Shown here: in pieces, positions 10,080-21,899 of the stretch | How the letters are laid out: every line of letters begins with the position of its first letter | Position numbering within the stretch: position 1 is the first letter of the stretch | Translations under genes and position numbers: made by a program | DNA from: Octopus bimaculoides | Lineage: Eukaryota | Direction of reading: 5' to 3' | Length of the DNA stretch: 41,379 nt | Assembly: GCF_001194135.2 (NCBI RefSeq) | Contig: NC_068994.1 | Span: 26,134,478 to 26,175,856 of the forward strand | The notes under the pieces: generated by a model | Database searches by the model: none | What the model saw: the letters and a program-made list of their open reading frames with translations, nothing else | What the model was told of the DNA's origin: nothing

Positions 10080-11720
10080 CAAGATTCCTTCACAGACAAG
10101 GAGAAAGATTATATCTGCAACTCTGTAATCAAAGAGAGCAATTTTTATGGATTACCCAAAATTCACAAAAGCCCTGAAATACAAAGAGTTATAAATGAGC
10201 AGAGGAACCAATATATAAAAATACTAAGACATACTGACCTCAAACCGAGACCAGTAGTTGCTGGACCTCAAGTACCAACACAACAACTGAGTAATTATTT
10301 GGACATACTCCTAAAACCTCTATACCCATTAATACCCAGCTATATATATATGGGATGGCATAAATTTCCTCCAGCACATTCCACCCGCTGTCCCAGAAGG
10401 TACTATACTTACAAGCTTTGATGCCACTAATCTTTATATCAATATACCTCACACTTTGGGCCTGGAAGCAGTCAAACACTGGATAGAGAAACACAGGATG
10501 GATAAATGAATGCTTCAAAACTGACTTCATCATGAAGCCCATACACCTGGTACTAGAAAACACCTTTAGATTCGATGATAAAACATATCGACATATAAAG
10601 GGCATGGCTATGGGGACATGGTTTGCACCCTCATATGCTAACCTAGTCATGGGATACTTGGAAGAAAAGGAAGTAGAGAGAGCTTTTAATCGGGATTACA
10701 AGAAACATGTCATTAAAAAGTGGAAACACTTCCTCAATGACTGTTTCATCTTTTGAGACAAATTAAATGAGGACCTATAAATGTTTAATAGTATACTCGA
10801 CACACTTCACCCATCCATGAAATTCTCAACAGAATTCAGTTGCAATGAATTACCATTCCTGGATATTCACAAAAAAATGCACAACTCCACAATCACAACA
10901 GACATTTTATAAAAAAAATGCACATGCACCAATATTTGAATTTATATTCTTGCCATCCCTCACACATCAAAAAGAACATCCCATACAGCATTGAAAGATG
11001 TATCTGTACTATAGTGACTGAGCTCAAAGGCTTCCTAACAAAACAGAAATACACACAGGAATTAATAAACACAGGAATTAAAAAGGTGATGAAGCTGAGC
11101 ATCACACAACTAAGAACACCAAAGGAAAAAATTAATGAACACACGATTCCATTTATTAATATGCACAAGCATGGGGTAGTCAACATCTTTCACACCACCA
11201 TAAAATCAAACCTACCTATATCTGATTGATAAAAACCCCTAATGAAATAGTAGACACCAACCAAAAAATCTCAAAAAACACCTCACAAGAGCAAAATTCA
11301 CATTAGAGAATGAATTAGAATTTTCTGCAAAAGAATGTGGAGATAGCAGATGTGGAACATGCAACAACAACTTTAGATATTTAGAAAGTGGTTCCAACAT
11401 AAAATTCAAGAGCGGATTCTCGTTCAAAGTAAATGCAGATATGAACTGCAAGATGCAGAATCTCATATACTGCATTACTTCCCTCAACTGCAGGGAAAAT
11501 TACATTGGTGAAACAAACAATTCCCTTTGCCAATGTGCAAGAATCCACAGACAACATATCTGACAAGAGGAATTGTGCAAGCTTCCACTGAGCAAGCATT
11601 TAGAAACGTGATGAAGTAAAGTTCAAAATCTTTCCCAAATGTTCACGATATCACCCAAAATTCTGAAAAGTAATGGAGCGACACTTCATCAAAAAATTCA
11701 CTCCAAAATTAAATGTTTGA
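10080..11720 (+). mobile_element. 5'-truncated, degenerate Penelope-like element (Neptune-like RT + GIY-YIG)
   Basis: FYGLPKIHK, RPVVAG, SFDATNLYINIP, KGMAMGTWFAPSYANLVMG, WKHFLNDCF (YxDD decayed), LPFLDI, SCHPSHIKKNIPYS. Linker CGDSRCGTC. Endonuclease NLIYCI..NYIGET, ending HFIKKFTPKLNV* at 11720. Confidence 0.9.
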
Positions 11721-13354
11721 AAGAGTAGCAGAGAAACTACATTATTATTATCTCTTTTTTAATAGTAATGATGATGGATGAAGAAAAAACATTTATATTA
11801 CACTATTACTGTTGTTTCTGAATGTGGCTCCAATGTTAATAATGTGATACTCATCTCTATAAATGATCAGGCATATATATATAATTGGGATTTTGACAAC
11901 TGTTGTTCTTATAGAACTTACACATACCAAGAAAAGAATACTAGAACTATTTTACCACTGATTAGGAAAGATATCTAATGTAGCTACTTGGCAAAGTAAT
12001 TTGTGATAAAGATCTCTTTTGAATTATTTTATCCAAGCAAGCAAGAAAAAGAGATCCAACAGAAGGATGAAAGATACTTTAAAAAATATATTTAAGTAGG
12101 CCCTGCTTTATTATATAATTTATATCCTACAGAGTGGCTTCTAGCTAAATAAACAGTATATCTACAAAACTCATTTATGATGTTTAATTAAATGTACTTA
12201 GAGAATAGACGGAATTATAAACAGTACTAAATTATTTTTTTATATTTTGACTTTATTTTCCTAATTTATGAATATTGTACTAATATTTAATGTTTGTTCA
12301 TGCAAAACATGAAATTACACAGAATATGGGACTTGACTATACAAGTGTAAAGGGATATACATTTTCATAGGACTTGGAACTCTTTTTTTATTTTTCATAG
12401 ATGACTGCACCCTCCCCTCTTTCCATATTATTTTTTCCACCTTATTGCCTAAAATTGACATCTTTGAAAGGTCACCATCCCTTGTGTGAAGATGTGTTTA
12501 TTTTCAAATATGTTGATAGGTATATAACGGAAAGAAAAAAAAGAAAATGCCTTGTAATGAAATTTCAATGAATTGATCACATCANNNNNNNNNNNNNNNN
12601 NNNNNNNNNNNNNNNNNNNNNNNNNNNNNNNNNNNNNNNNNNNNNNNNNNNNNNNNNNNNNNNNNNNNNNNNNNNNNNNNNNNNNNNNNNNNNNNNNNNN
12701 NNNNNNNNNNNNNNNNNNNNNNNNNNNNNNNNNNNNNNNNNNNNNNNNNNNNNNNNNNNNNNNNNNNNNNNNNNNNNNNNNNNNNNNNNNNNNNNNNNNN
12801 NNNNNNNNNNNNNNNNNNNNNNNNNNNNNNNNNNNNNNNNNNNNNNNNNNNNNNNNNNNNNNNNNNNNNNNNNNNNNNNNNNNNNNNNNNNNNNNNNNNN
12901 NNNNNNNNNNNNNNNNNNNNNNNNNNNNNNNNNNNNNNNNNNNNNNNNNNNNNNNNNNNNNNNNNNNNNNNNNNNNNNNNNNNNNNNNNNNNNNNNNNNN
13001 NNNNNNNNNNNNNNNNNNNNNNNNNNNNNNNNNNNNNNNNNNNNNNNNNNNNNNNNNNNNNNNNNNNNNNNNNNNNNNNNNNNNNNNNNNNNNNNNNNNN
13101 NNNNNNNNNNNNNNNNNNNNNNNNNNNNNNNNNNNNNNNNNNNNNNNNNNNNNCACTTTTTCCAAAGAAAAAAAACAAACAATATTCTCTTCTAAATAAA
13201 GCAAAAAAGCATCTGATTCATATAAATGAACAACAAAACGTTCTGTTTTTACCATTTTGATTTTGATTTTGTCTTGGCGAGTTTGAGAATCGAACAAAAT
13301 TCTGACCGCCTCATTTTTCTCAAAATACAGTATCTGTACACCACTTCAAACACA

Positions 13355-13399
<45 letters not shown>

Positions 13400-13499
13400 G
13401 AAAGAGAGAGTGTGGTGAATGAACTGTTGTCTAAATTATGCAAAAATGAAAATAACATTGACATCTCATTTTAAAAGATATATTTACTAAAATTATATA

Positions 13500-14215
13500 A
13501 AAATATCTTAATGTATTAAAGAGTAAATTAATTCAATAAAATCGCCATTGGCTTCAACCACAGCCTTCAGACAACTTTGGAATCTCCTGCTGCTCTTCTG
13601 GACAGTCTTCTTTTTTATGTTAGTGAATGCTGCTATAATCCTTGCCCTCAGTTCATTTTTGGTGTTACAAGGAGTTTTGTTGGTCTCTTGTTCAACTGCA
13701 CCCTACATGTAATAATCAAGGGGGTTGCAGTCTGGGGAGTTAAGTGGCCAGATGTTAGGGGTGATGTGGTCACAGAAATTGTCTGACAGCCATGACTGGG
13801 TTCTCCTGCTTGTGNNNNNNNNNNTGGTCACAGAAATTGTCTGACAGCCATGACTGGGTTCTCCTGCTTGTGTGGCATGGTGCAGAGTCCTGTTGCCAGA
13901 TATAGGGTCTTCCAGCAGCTACCCTCTTGATCTAGGGCAGCACTACCTCCTCCAAGCACTTGATGTAGGCCTCTGTGTTGAGTGTGAGGCCATGTGGGAA
14001 GATGAATAGAGGCATAACGTCACCATCACTAGTGATCACTCCAAGTACCATGATGTTGACTGGATATTTGATTTGTATCATTCTCAGTACATGTCCTCAG
14101 ATTGACACCAAGCACTCTGAAATGTTCGTATTGGAACTTCCAGCGTGAATGCCAGGCAGTACAGCATGTCATTCCCAAATTTCTGGCAGAGTGAATAGTG
14201 TCAGGGTACTGTTTT
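13500..14215 (-). mobile_element. Internally deleted maT (DD37D) Tc1/mariner transposon
   Basis: After collapsing the gap duplication: WQQDSAPCH..WPLNSPDCNPLDY, with exactly 37 residues between the two Asp. N-terminal piece AVLPGIHAGSSNTNISECL at about 14100-14170. Confidence 0.87.
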
Positions 14216-14338
14216 TATCACAGATAATGTCCTATTAACCCTACTATACTGTGTAGTCAACAAAATGAAAAAACAAACAATGTGCATGCACGAAATTAAA
14301 AGTATAAAATGGCAACGATTCACTCATTGCACACTGTA

Positions 14339-14366
<28 letters not shown>

Positions 14367-14369
<3 letters not shown>

Positions 14370-14949
14370 GGTCATGTGTTGCATATGGATGAAGACAGCT
14401 GTGTGAAAAAGTGTCACACCCTAGCAGTAGAGGGAACCTGTAGAAGACGTAGACCCAGGAAGACCTGGGATGAGGTGGTAAAGCACAACTTTCAAATGTT
14501 GGGCCTCATGGAGGTGATAGCAAGTGACCGAGACCTTTGGAGATATGCTGTGCTTGAGAAGACCAGGCAAGCCAAGCGAGACCGTAACTATGGCCTATGC
14601 CAGTGCAGCATAACCGGCCCATTTAAGAGTACCTTTCAATCAATGGGCAATAAACTGCACTTGCAAAGATCTGTTCAGTCAAGTGAAGTGTCGCCTGACT
14701 GGCACCCATGCCTGTGGCATGTAAAAAGCACCATTCAAGTGTGAGTGATGCCAGTATCACCTGACTGGCCCACGTAAAAAGCACTCACTACACTCTTGGA
14801 GTGGTTGGTGTTAGGAAGGGCATCCAGCTGTAGAAACTTTGCCAGATCAGATTGGAGCCTGGTGCAGCCTTCTGGCTTGCCAGCCCTCAGTCAAACCGTC
14901 CAACCTGTGCCAGCATGGAAAGCAGACACTAAACGACAATGATGATGAT
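14367..14949 (+). mobile_element. 5'-truncated RTE copy (ORF C-terminus + 3'UTR + tail)
   Basis: YGHVLHMDEDSCVKKC..RPRKTWDEVVKH..LWRYAVLEKT matches 4160-4365. Same 3'UTR and (GAT)n tail. The 5' junction lies in (TA)n. Confidence 0.9.
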
Positions 14950-15433
14950 ATAAAGTTAATAAAAAAAAATGGAGAAGAAAAAATATAATAGATACTTGGT
15001 TCATTTTATTTGTATCACAATGGAAAAGTAATTCAAAGAAAAAGAGATACCTATAAGAATAAGCATACAACGAACCAGATCAACGAAACAACCAAAAAAA
15101 TATCCGAAAAATCCTACACATATTTCAATCTGACAGTATGTTTGAATCATCAACATTCGAACTTTTATAGATGTAATAAACCATATATTGCCGGGTATCT
15201 TCAGGGAAAAGTAAGTATATTTTCCATTCTTGAATTATGAAATAACTTATTTGAGGGCTTTGTTTAGAAATTTTCAAATGTAAACAACAGCTTCTTAGGG
15301 CACGGAGTTCATGAGATTAGAAATTGAACATTTAAATTTAGTAAATATTGAATGTGGAAATGATGCTAAAACATCAAATGCATTTGAAAAATATATTTAT
15401 AATTATATTCTTAGCAAATTCAATTTTCTTTTA

Positions 15434-15502
<69 letters not shown>

Positions 15503-16244
15503 CATTGAAATAATAAATTGTATATTAGTTTTCAGCAGCATATTCTATACTCCACCACTTAAAATTTTTAATATTTAGGACACCCATATAACCTACATTT
15601 TAAATAATTGTTAATAATATACTTATTTATTAAAACAATCATTATATAAACCATATTTAATACCAATATATAAGTATAAATTTAATCTGTTGGTCTCTCC
15701 ATCTTGTAATTATATGATTCAGTAATTTACCTTAACCCTTACCATTAATCTTTAATATCTATCTCATTTTTAAATAGAATATACATATAATTACCATTAA
15801 ACAAACCCCAAATTTATATTTTTTTAATACAGCCCCTATTTTTTACATGAAAGCTGTAAATTGAACATTTTATCTTTTATTTTATAAAGTCTTATAATCC
15901 AGCATTAATGACTGTTGATACTTTTAATATATTTCAATATATATAAATATGAAACTTAAAACTAGATGTGCGTATTTATATCTATATCATCCCTAAAACT
16001 TATAAACATATTTCTGTAGTATGTGTATGTGAGAGTGTGTATGTGCCTGTGGAAGGGAGCTGGTGACCTTGACGTGTGCATGCGTAGGTGAGTGGATGAT
16101 AGTGTAGGTGCTGGAAAGTGGTCAGTGCTAGTGTGTGCACTGGTGTGGGTGCAGGGTGGTGTAGTGTGGTATGGTGGTGTGGTGGTGTGTGGTGTGATGG
16201 TGTGATGTGGTGTGGTGTTGGAGTGTGTGTGTGGAGGTAAGCGT

Positions 16245-16287
16245 GGGGTCTATGGGGTGGGGTGGGGTTGGAATGTGGAGGGGTGGG
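16245..16287 (+). repeat. G-rich low-complexity tract with G-quadruplex-forming potential
   Basis: GGGG-TCTAT-GGGG-T-GGGG-T-GGGG at 16245-16267, inside a GT/GGT-rich block (about 16020-16400). Confidence 0.6.
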
Positions 16288-16989
16288 GTAACGAAGGAGA
16301 GGGTGGAAAGGAGAAGGTGGGTAGGAGTGAAGAGAGGAAGTAGATGCCAGAGCAAGAGAGGAGAGGTGGGTGGGAGGAAGTAGGTGTGAGAGGAACATAC
16401 ACATACACAGATGTATACACCAAGTCACACACATGCACACATATGCCCACATATAAACATGTATACATATACAAACATACATACACATATATATAACACC
16501 CCTCCCTCCACACATATATACTTATATCGTTGCTATTATGTTAAATTGTCATATGTCCAAATTAGGCCAAATGCATTTTTTTCAATATTCATTTTTGCTT
16601 GCAATAGCTGTTTCTTATGGTCAAAGTATTGTATCTCCAGCTGCTTCAGATTTTTTGCTATGGAATGGTGAAACTATTTTTTCGTTTTCTGAAAAACTAA
16701 TGTTTGCGACTTATGACACTTTTGCACAATAACAACAATATATATGTATGTATANNNNNNNNNNNNNNNNNNNNNNNNNNNNNNNNNNNNNNNNNNNNNN
16801 NNNNNNNNNNNNNNNNNNNNNNNNNNNNNNNNNNNNNNNNNNNNNNNNNNNNNNNNNNNNNNNNNNNNNNNTATATATATATATATATATTTATATCGGC
16901 TGAAAATATGTGGAAAACATATATAAAAAGTGGAAGAGAATTGCCTTCGTTTCTGTGAATATCTTTTTATAAAGAAATTTTTGTATATA

Positions 16990-19340
16990 TACATATTCTA
17001 TGGTTTTCGCTATTTAAATTAGCTTTTCAAGGGACATTGTGAAGTAATCAATTCTTGTGACAAAGGGGTCTTGCCATTTTGGATGCTTGAAAAGTAAGAA
17101 TGAGCCTAGAGAGTGGACAAAGGGAGGCAACAGGTGGTAAGGGAGACAACTAACTCCTCAGTATAATTTTTGAAAGAGGAATGTGTAAGAATCAGGTTGT
17201 CAAGTTTGTATATTAAGGTGTAGTCTGTACTTTTGCATGAACAGATTTTCCTTGTTTAGGCGTTCTTATAAGGAGATTGAATCTTTGCATTGGTATAACG
17301 GAAAAATGGAAATTCGGCGTTTTATTTCTTGTGCATCTGTCAATATGTTTCCTCAGGAAATATATTGCCTGTATTGAGGAAAACGAATCTGTTCTTTATG
17401 CAGTGTGACTCTGCATCTCAAAGTAAGGCTCATTTGGCCCACATAATTGTGGCCACAACCTGAACAGGTTAGGACATGGATAAGGTTCTGGGAAGCACAT
17501 GCGAAGTTGATCTTAATTGAGATTTTTTCTCTTTGCTGGAATGTGAATTCTGAGCCTTCAGTTAGGTATGGGCATGTACCACAATTAGGTCGTCTGCATT
17601 TTTTAACTGTTGGTATTGTATGTATTGAGTATAGTTTTGCATTTGTTAGGAGTCTCTTGAGGGATTTGTGTTGTCTTTTGCATTTGAAGAGTTTATGTGT
17701 ATTTAGGATGTTGTTCATTTTCAGGTCTTGAGTGAGCAGAGGGAGATTTTGTATAATTGTGTTGTATGCTTCGTTGTTTCTGGGGTTGTGGGTTGATATA
17801 TATGGGAGTGATTTAAAGTGAGGTGTGGTGTTTTGTTTTGTTGTCCTTAGTGTGTTCGTGTCCAATTTCTTGACACGTTTAATTCCATGGTCTATAAGTG
17901 TGGGTGGGTGTTGATGTTCAATGAGTGCTATTTTCAGGTCTTGTAGGCGAAGTTCCCGAGTGGTTGTGTCAGATACAACTGTACAGATCCTTTTTGCTAG
18001 ATTGAATGGGATATTTATTTTGGTGTGTTTAGGATGGCACGAACTGAAAAGAGATACTGTTTTGAGTTCGTTGGTTTGTAGAAGATGTCAGTTGCACTTT
18101 GGTTGTTGGATTGTTTTATAATCAAAATATCCAGAAATGGGAGCTGTTCCTTGCTATATTCCATTGTAAATTGAATATTGGAGTTTATATTGTTTAGTGT
18201 GGATTTGAAATCCAGAAGTTTATCATAGCTTTCATTCCAGATGATAAAACAATCGTCTAGGTACCTTTTCCAATTTTTGGAGTGAAAGTTCATATAAGGT
18301 AAATTCAAAGAAACCCATTATTAGGTTCACAAGGACAGGCACTGCTTTTGTTCTCATCGCAATACCGCATTTTTGGTGGTAGTAGGATGAACTTCAGGGA
18401 TTCAATGACAAAAGTCTGGTTTATGCTGTCCAGGAGAACTTCGGGGTATTTTTCTAACCAGAATTTTATTGCAGCTATTCCATAGTCATGTGGAATGTTT
18501 GCGTAGAGGTTGATGACATCGAAGGAGACTAATAGTGCTTCTTCATTGGTGCTTTTTGGTAGATGCTCTAGCATGTCCAGATTGTCTCTAATGAAACTTC
18601 TAATGTATCTGAGGAAAGGTTTGAATAGTATGCCCAGAAAGTTGCTTAGGCGGTGTGTTTCACAGGCTGGGCCAGCAATAATACGCCTTAACTTTAAGTC
18701 TTCTGGTGTTGGGGTATTTATGTATAGACCTGGATTTGATTTGCAGGCATTAGTAATTATTTGACTCTTGTGGATTTGGGGGCGGCCATAGAAAAGGCTT
18801 AGTTTGCATTTAAAGTTTGTGATGTAGTCTTTTTCTTTTTCTGTGAGGCCTTTTCCATGTTTGAGTATTAAAGATGCCTATAATTTGCAACTTTTTCATA
18901 AAAGGAGTCATTTTCTAGTATGGACAATACTGGGTTTTTATAGTATTCTGTCTCCATCAGGACTACAGCACTACCTTTGTCTGCTCCTTTGGTTGTCAGG
19001 TCTTTGTCATTTTTTAGTTGTAGTAGGTGCTTCCATTGTAGTTTGTTGAAGTTAGGTACAACTTTTGGTTTATAGATAGTGTGAGGAAAATTCTGGATAC
19101 GGTTGCAGAAGTCATCTAGTGTTTTATTCCTTCCTTTGGGTGGTAGATAATTACTTCTGTTTTTCACTAGTGATTCATCATCGTTGTTGTAGTTGGTTAG
19201 TACTTCTCTCAATCGAAGATTTCTACAGAATTCTGCAATATTATCTTTAGTTTCATTGGAGTTGGGTGGGTGTAAATTTCAAACCTTTAGCTAAAATACG
19301 GATTTTTGTTATGGAGAGAGTTTTCTTAGATAAATTGATT
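16990..19340 (-). mobile_element. Near-complete, degenerate Penelope-like element (Neptune-like RT + GIY-YIG)
   Basis: IINLSKK..LAKGLKFTPT, KGADKGSAVVLM, LLVSFDVINLYANIP, QKCGIAMRT..NLIMG, WKRYLDDCFIIW, LPFLDI, TDIFYKPT. Linker CRRPNCGTCPY. Endonuclease NLIHVLTCSGCGHNYVGQ, with stop at about 17200. A low-complexity 5' extension probably runs to about 19900. Confidence 0.92.
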
Positions 19341-20236
19341 ATTTTGAGTTTCTCCTGTAACTTCTGTTCCAACGTGTGTCCCTGTGCCTCTCTACTCTGT
19401 CTAAAAAATGTTGTTTGTTGTAATTAGGTTGGAAGGGGTCCTCAGTGTTAGGGTTGTTATTGTGGGAGTATTGTTGTGTAGGTGAATTGGTTGGGATTAT
19501 GTGGGAGGAGTTGTAGGGGTGTTTGGTCCTGTATGGGGCGCTGTGAAGTTGTTCTTTTTGTCTGGGTGAGAGAGCTGAAGTTCTGAAAGTTGAATTCTTA
19601 TGTTGAAGAGTAGGTAGGATCTCCTATCTGTTTATAGTTGTTGGAGGAAAGAATTGAAATAATAATTGTTATTATTATTCTTCCTAGGTGTTTCTTACTG
19701 GTGTTTCCTATTAATGGGGGTTTCCTATTGTAAGGTTGGTGGGGTAGTTTTGTGTGTCTGTGTTGAAAGTTTGATCTGGGTGTACAATTATTGGTTTCTG
19801 TGGATGTATTTGTTTTGGATTCTTTTTAAAAAGGGGTTGTCTGAAGTGTAGTCTTTTTTGAATTGAGATTTGTTGTTGGGGAAAGAGAGAGAGAGGGAGA
19901 GTTTTTGAAGTGATGTACAGATATTGTATATTAAGAATAATAAGGTTGTCAGATTATTAGATGATTATGTATATTTATATTTTCTGTTATCGCATTTATC
20001 AATCTGATAACAGAAGAAAGCGCTAAAAGTGTAAATAAAATGTAAATAAAAATATATATAATCATCTAACATTCTGACTACCTTATTATTCTAAATATAT
20101 ATATATGTCTACATACATACACAATCCCTCCCCTCCACACAAAGGCATACAAACATACATGTAAATATAAGATATAAAATATAACCAAGGTAAAATAAAT
20201 TAAGTCTTTAAAGCATAACAAAATGAAGCTAAATTA

Positions 20237-20370
20237 AACTAGAAAAGCACTCGGAGAGCGCAGACCTCTGCCAAGCAGCTCATTTCCATCCATATACATG
20301 TATGCTGAAAATCGCCCAATTTCCTAAAAACCAACGCCGGCAAAAACATAACCTCCTTGGCGGGGGTAAA
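20237..20370 (+). mobile_element. Short non-autonomous element with subterminal IR and 3' hairpin (Helentron/HINE-like)
   Basis: 5' AACTAG..ACCTCTGCCAAG (20264-20275). 3' CATAACCTCCTTGGCGGGGGTAA. Confidence 0.5.
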
Positions 20371-20462
20371 AATAAAATAACACAGCCATATGATTTTAAA
20401 AAAAAACTTTTAAAAACAGGAATCATCCCAATAATCAAAGCTTGTCATACCATCCTCCGCAG

Positions 20463-20833
20463 ACCTCCGCCAAGCAGCTCATTTTAAGATAGATACGCGA
20501 GTAAAATTACTAATAGAGAAACGAAAATAAGCTTTAGAACCAGCAACACCACCACAGGTTACGTGGAAACGATGAAAGTGTTTTCAAGGGAGATAATCAA
20601 AGAACGTAACATTGTAATACTTCATGTAAAGTAAATATAACAACTGAAAAATCCTTCAAGAATCCATAAAATTCCTGGATCACTACCAAAATTTCATCAT
20701 CTGTTCCTTGTGTCATTACCAACTTTTCCTGCAAGTTTCATCAAATACCGTTCACAACTTTTTGAGTTATTTTGCACACAGACGGACAAACCAATGCTGA
20801 TGAAAACATAACCTCCTTCCTTGGCGGAGGTAA
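20463..20833 (+). mobile_element. Second, longer copy of the same HINE-like element
   Basis: ACCTCCGCCAAG (20463-20474) is the exact reverse complement of CTTGGCGGAGGT (20820-20831). Shares GCAGCTCATTT and AAAACATAACCTCC with the 20237 copy. Confidence 0.55.
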
Positions 20834-20934
20834 TAAATAGAAGACCTATAAAAAATTATGTAATTTATCATCTTGTCTTTATTTCCATCTCCACTTATAT
20901 CTTTCACTATATTATTAAAGTAGACTAGGGAAGC

Positions 20935-21625
20935 CACTAAATGATTTATTAAAAAAATGTTTACACCTTACCCCTAATTCCTGCCTGTGCTTAATAAGGT
21001 TACCTGCAGCTGTGAGGATTTAGAATGACTCTTCTAGGCAAAGTTCACTTCTCTTTCTACCTATTTCATAAGGTTTAGTTCTAGTAATGGTTGGCAATTT
21101 CAGTTCGTATTCTACTTTTTCCTCCCTAAATTTGCCATATTAACTTGCTAAGTGATGTCACATTTTCTCATGCCTAAATGATGAGATGTGGTTATAATAT
21201 CGTAACTTAAATGTTGTGGCACAACATCCTGTATATTTATAAGTTGTGTTCTGGGTAACTACTGCACATTCATATGCTACGTTCTTTTCTAAGCAAGATT
21301 TATTTAACACACATTCCCTACCATTTCCACAGTTACAACCAGTGCTTTCCTTCCTATTGCTGCTACTTTTAGAGTTATTCCCACATTTACTGTCATTATT
21401 CATATTATTGCTACTCTTATCATTATCGTTACCACTACTGCCACTGTTCTTGTTGGTTCCAGTATCTTTTTTATTGATCTTATCCTCCCCATTATATATA
21501 ATGAAGAAATAAGTGATATAGATATCCATTTTATACAGCTCAACCAGTTAGCGCTCTGATAGAGCTTCAGAAATATAAAATTAAGGAGAGGAGAATTCAA
21601 AGGCCAATGTATATATTCATTCAAT
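20935..21625 (-). mobile_element. Naiad-like PLE 3' fragment (linker + GIY-YIG)
   Basis: GCNCGNGRECVLNKSCLEKNVAYEC..YTGCCATTFKLRYYNHISSFRH (ORF 21158-21529). Continues TSLSKLIWQI and SELCLEE..IL..LIKHRQE..RCKH. Confidence 0.8.
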
Positions 21626-21899
21626 CCATATTAACGAAATTCTCCATGGTATAGAAAGTACATACATAGATACATTCATCCATATGATATATAAAATATT
21701 TTAAAGAATTTATAAATACATATATATACATGAAAATTTATAAATATATAAAAATTCATACACATATAAAAATTTACAAACACATAAAAATTCATAAATA
21801 TATGAAAAGTGTAAGTTCATAAATGTACTTCTGTAGTCCGAATGAAGAGGATGATAAAGTGGATGTAAAATGATTCATAAGGAGTCTGGAACATGTATG

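Noticed and set aside
13767-13872. Perfect 48-bp direct repeat (13767-13814 and 13825-13872)
   Set aside because: The identical copies flank a 10-N gap, a typical unmerged contig overlap. Collapsing them restores the transposase frame.
16000-16515. His/Pro/Thr-rich 171-aa ORF and the many YIYI/CVCV/THTH/SLSL ORFs
   Set aside because: They are translations of microsatellites and low-complexity tracts.
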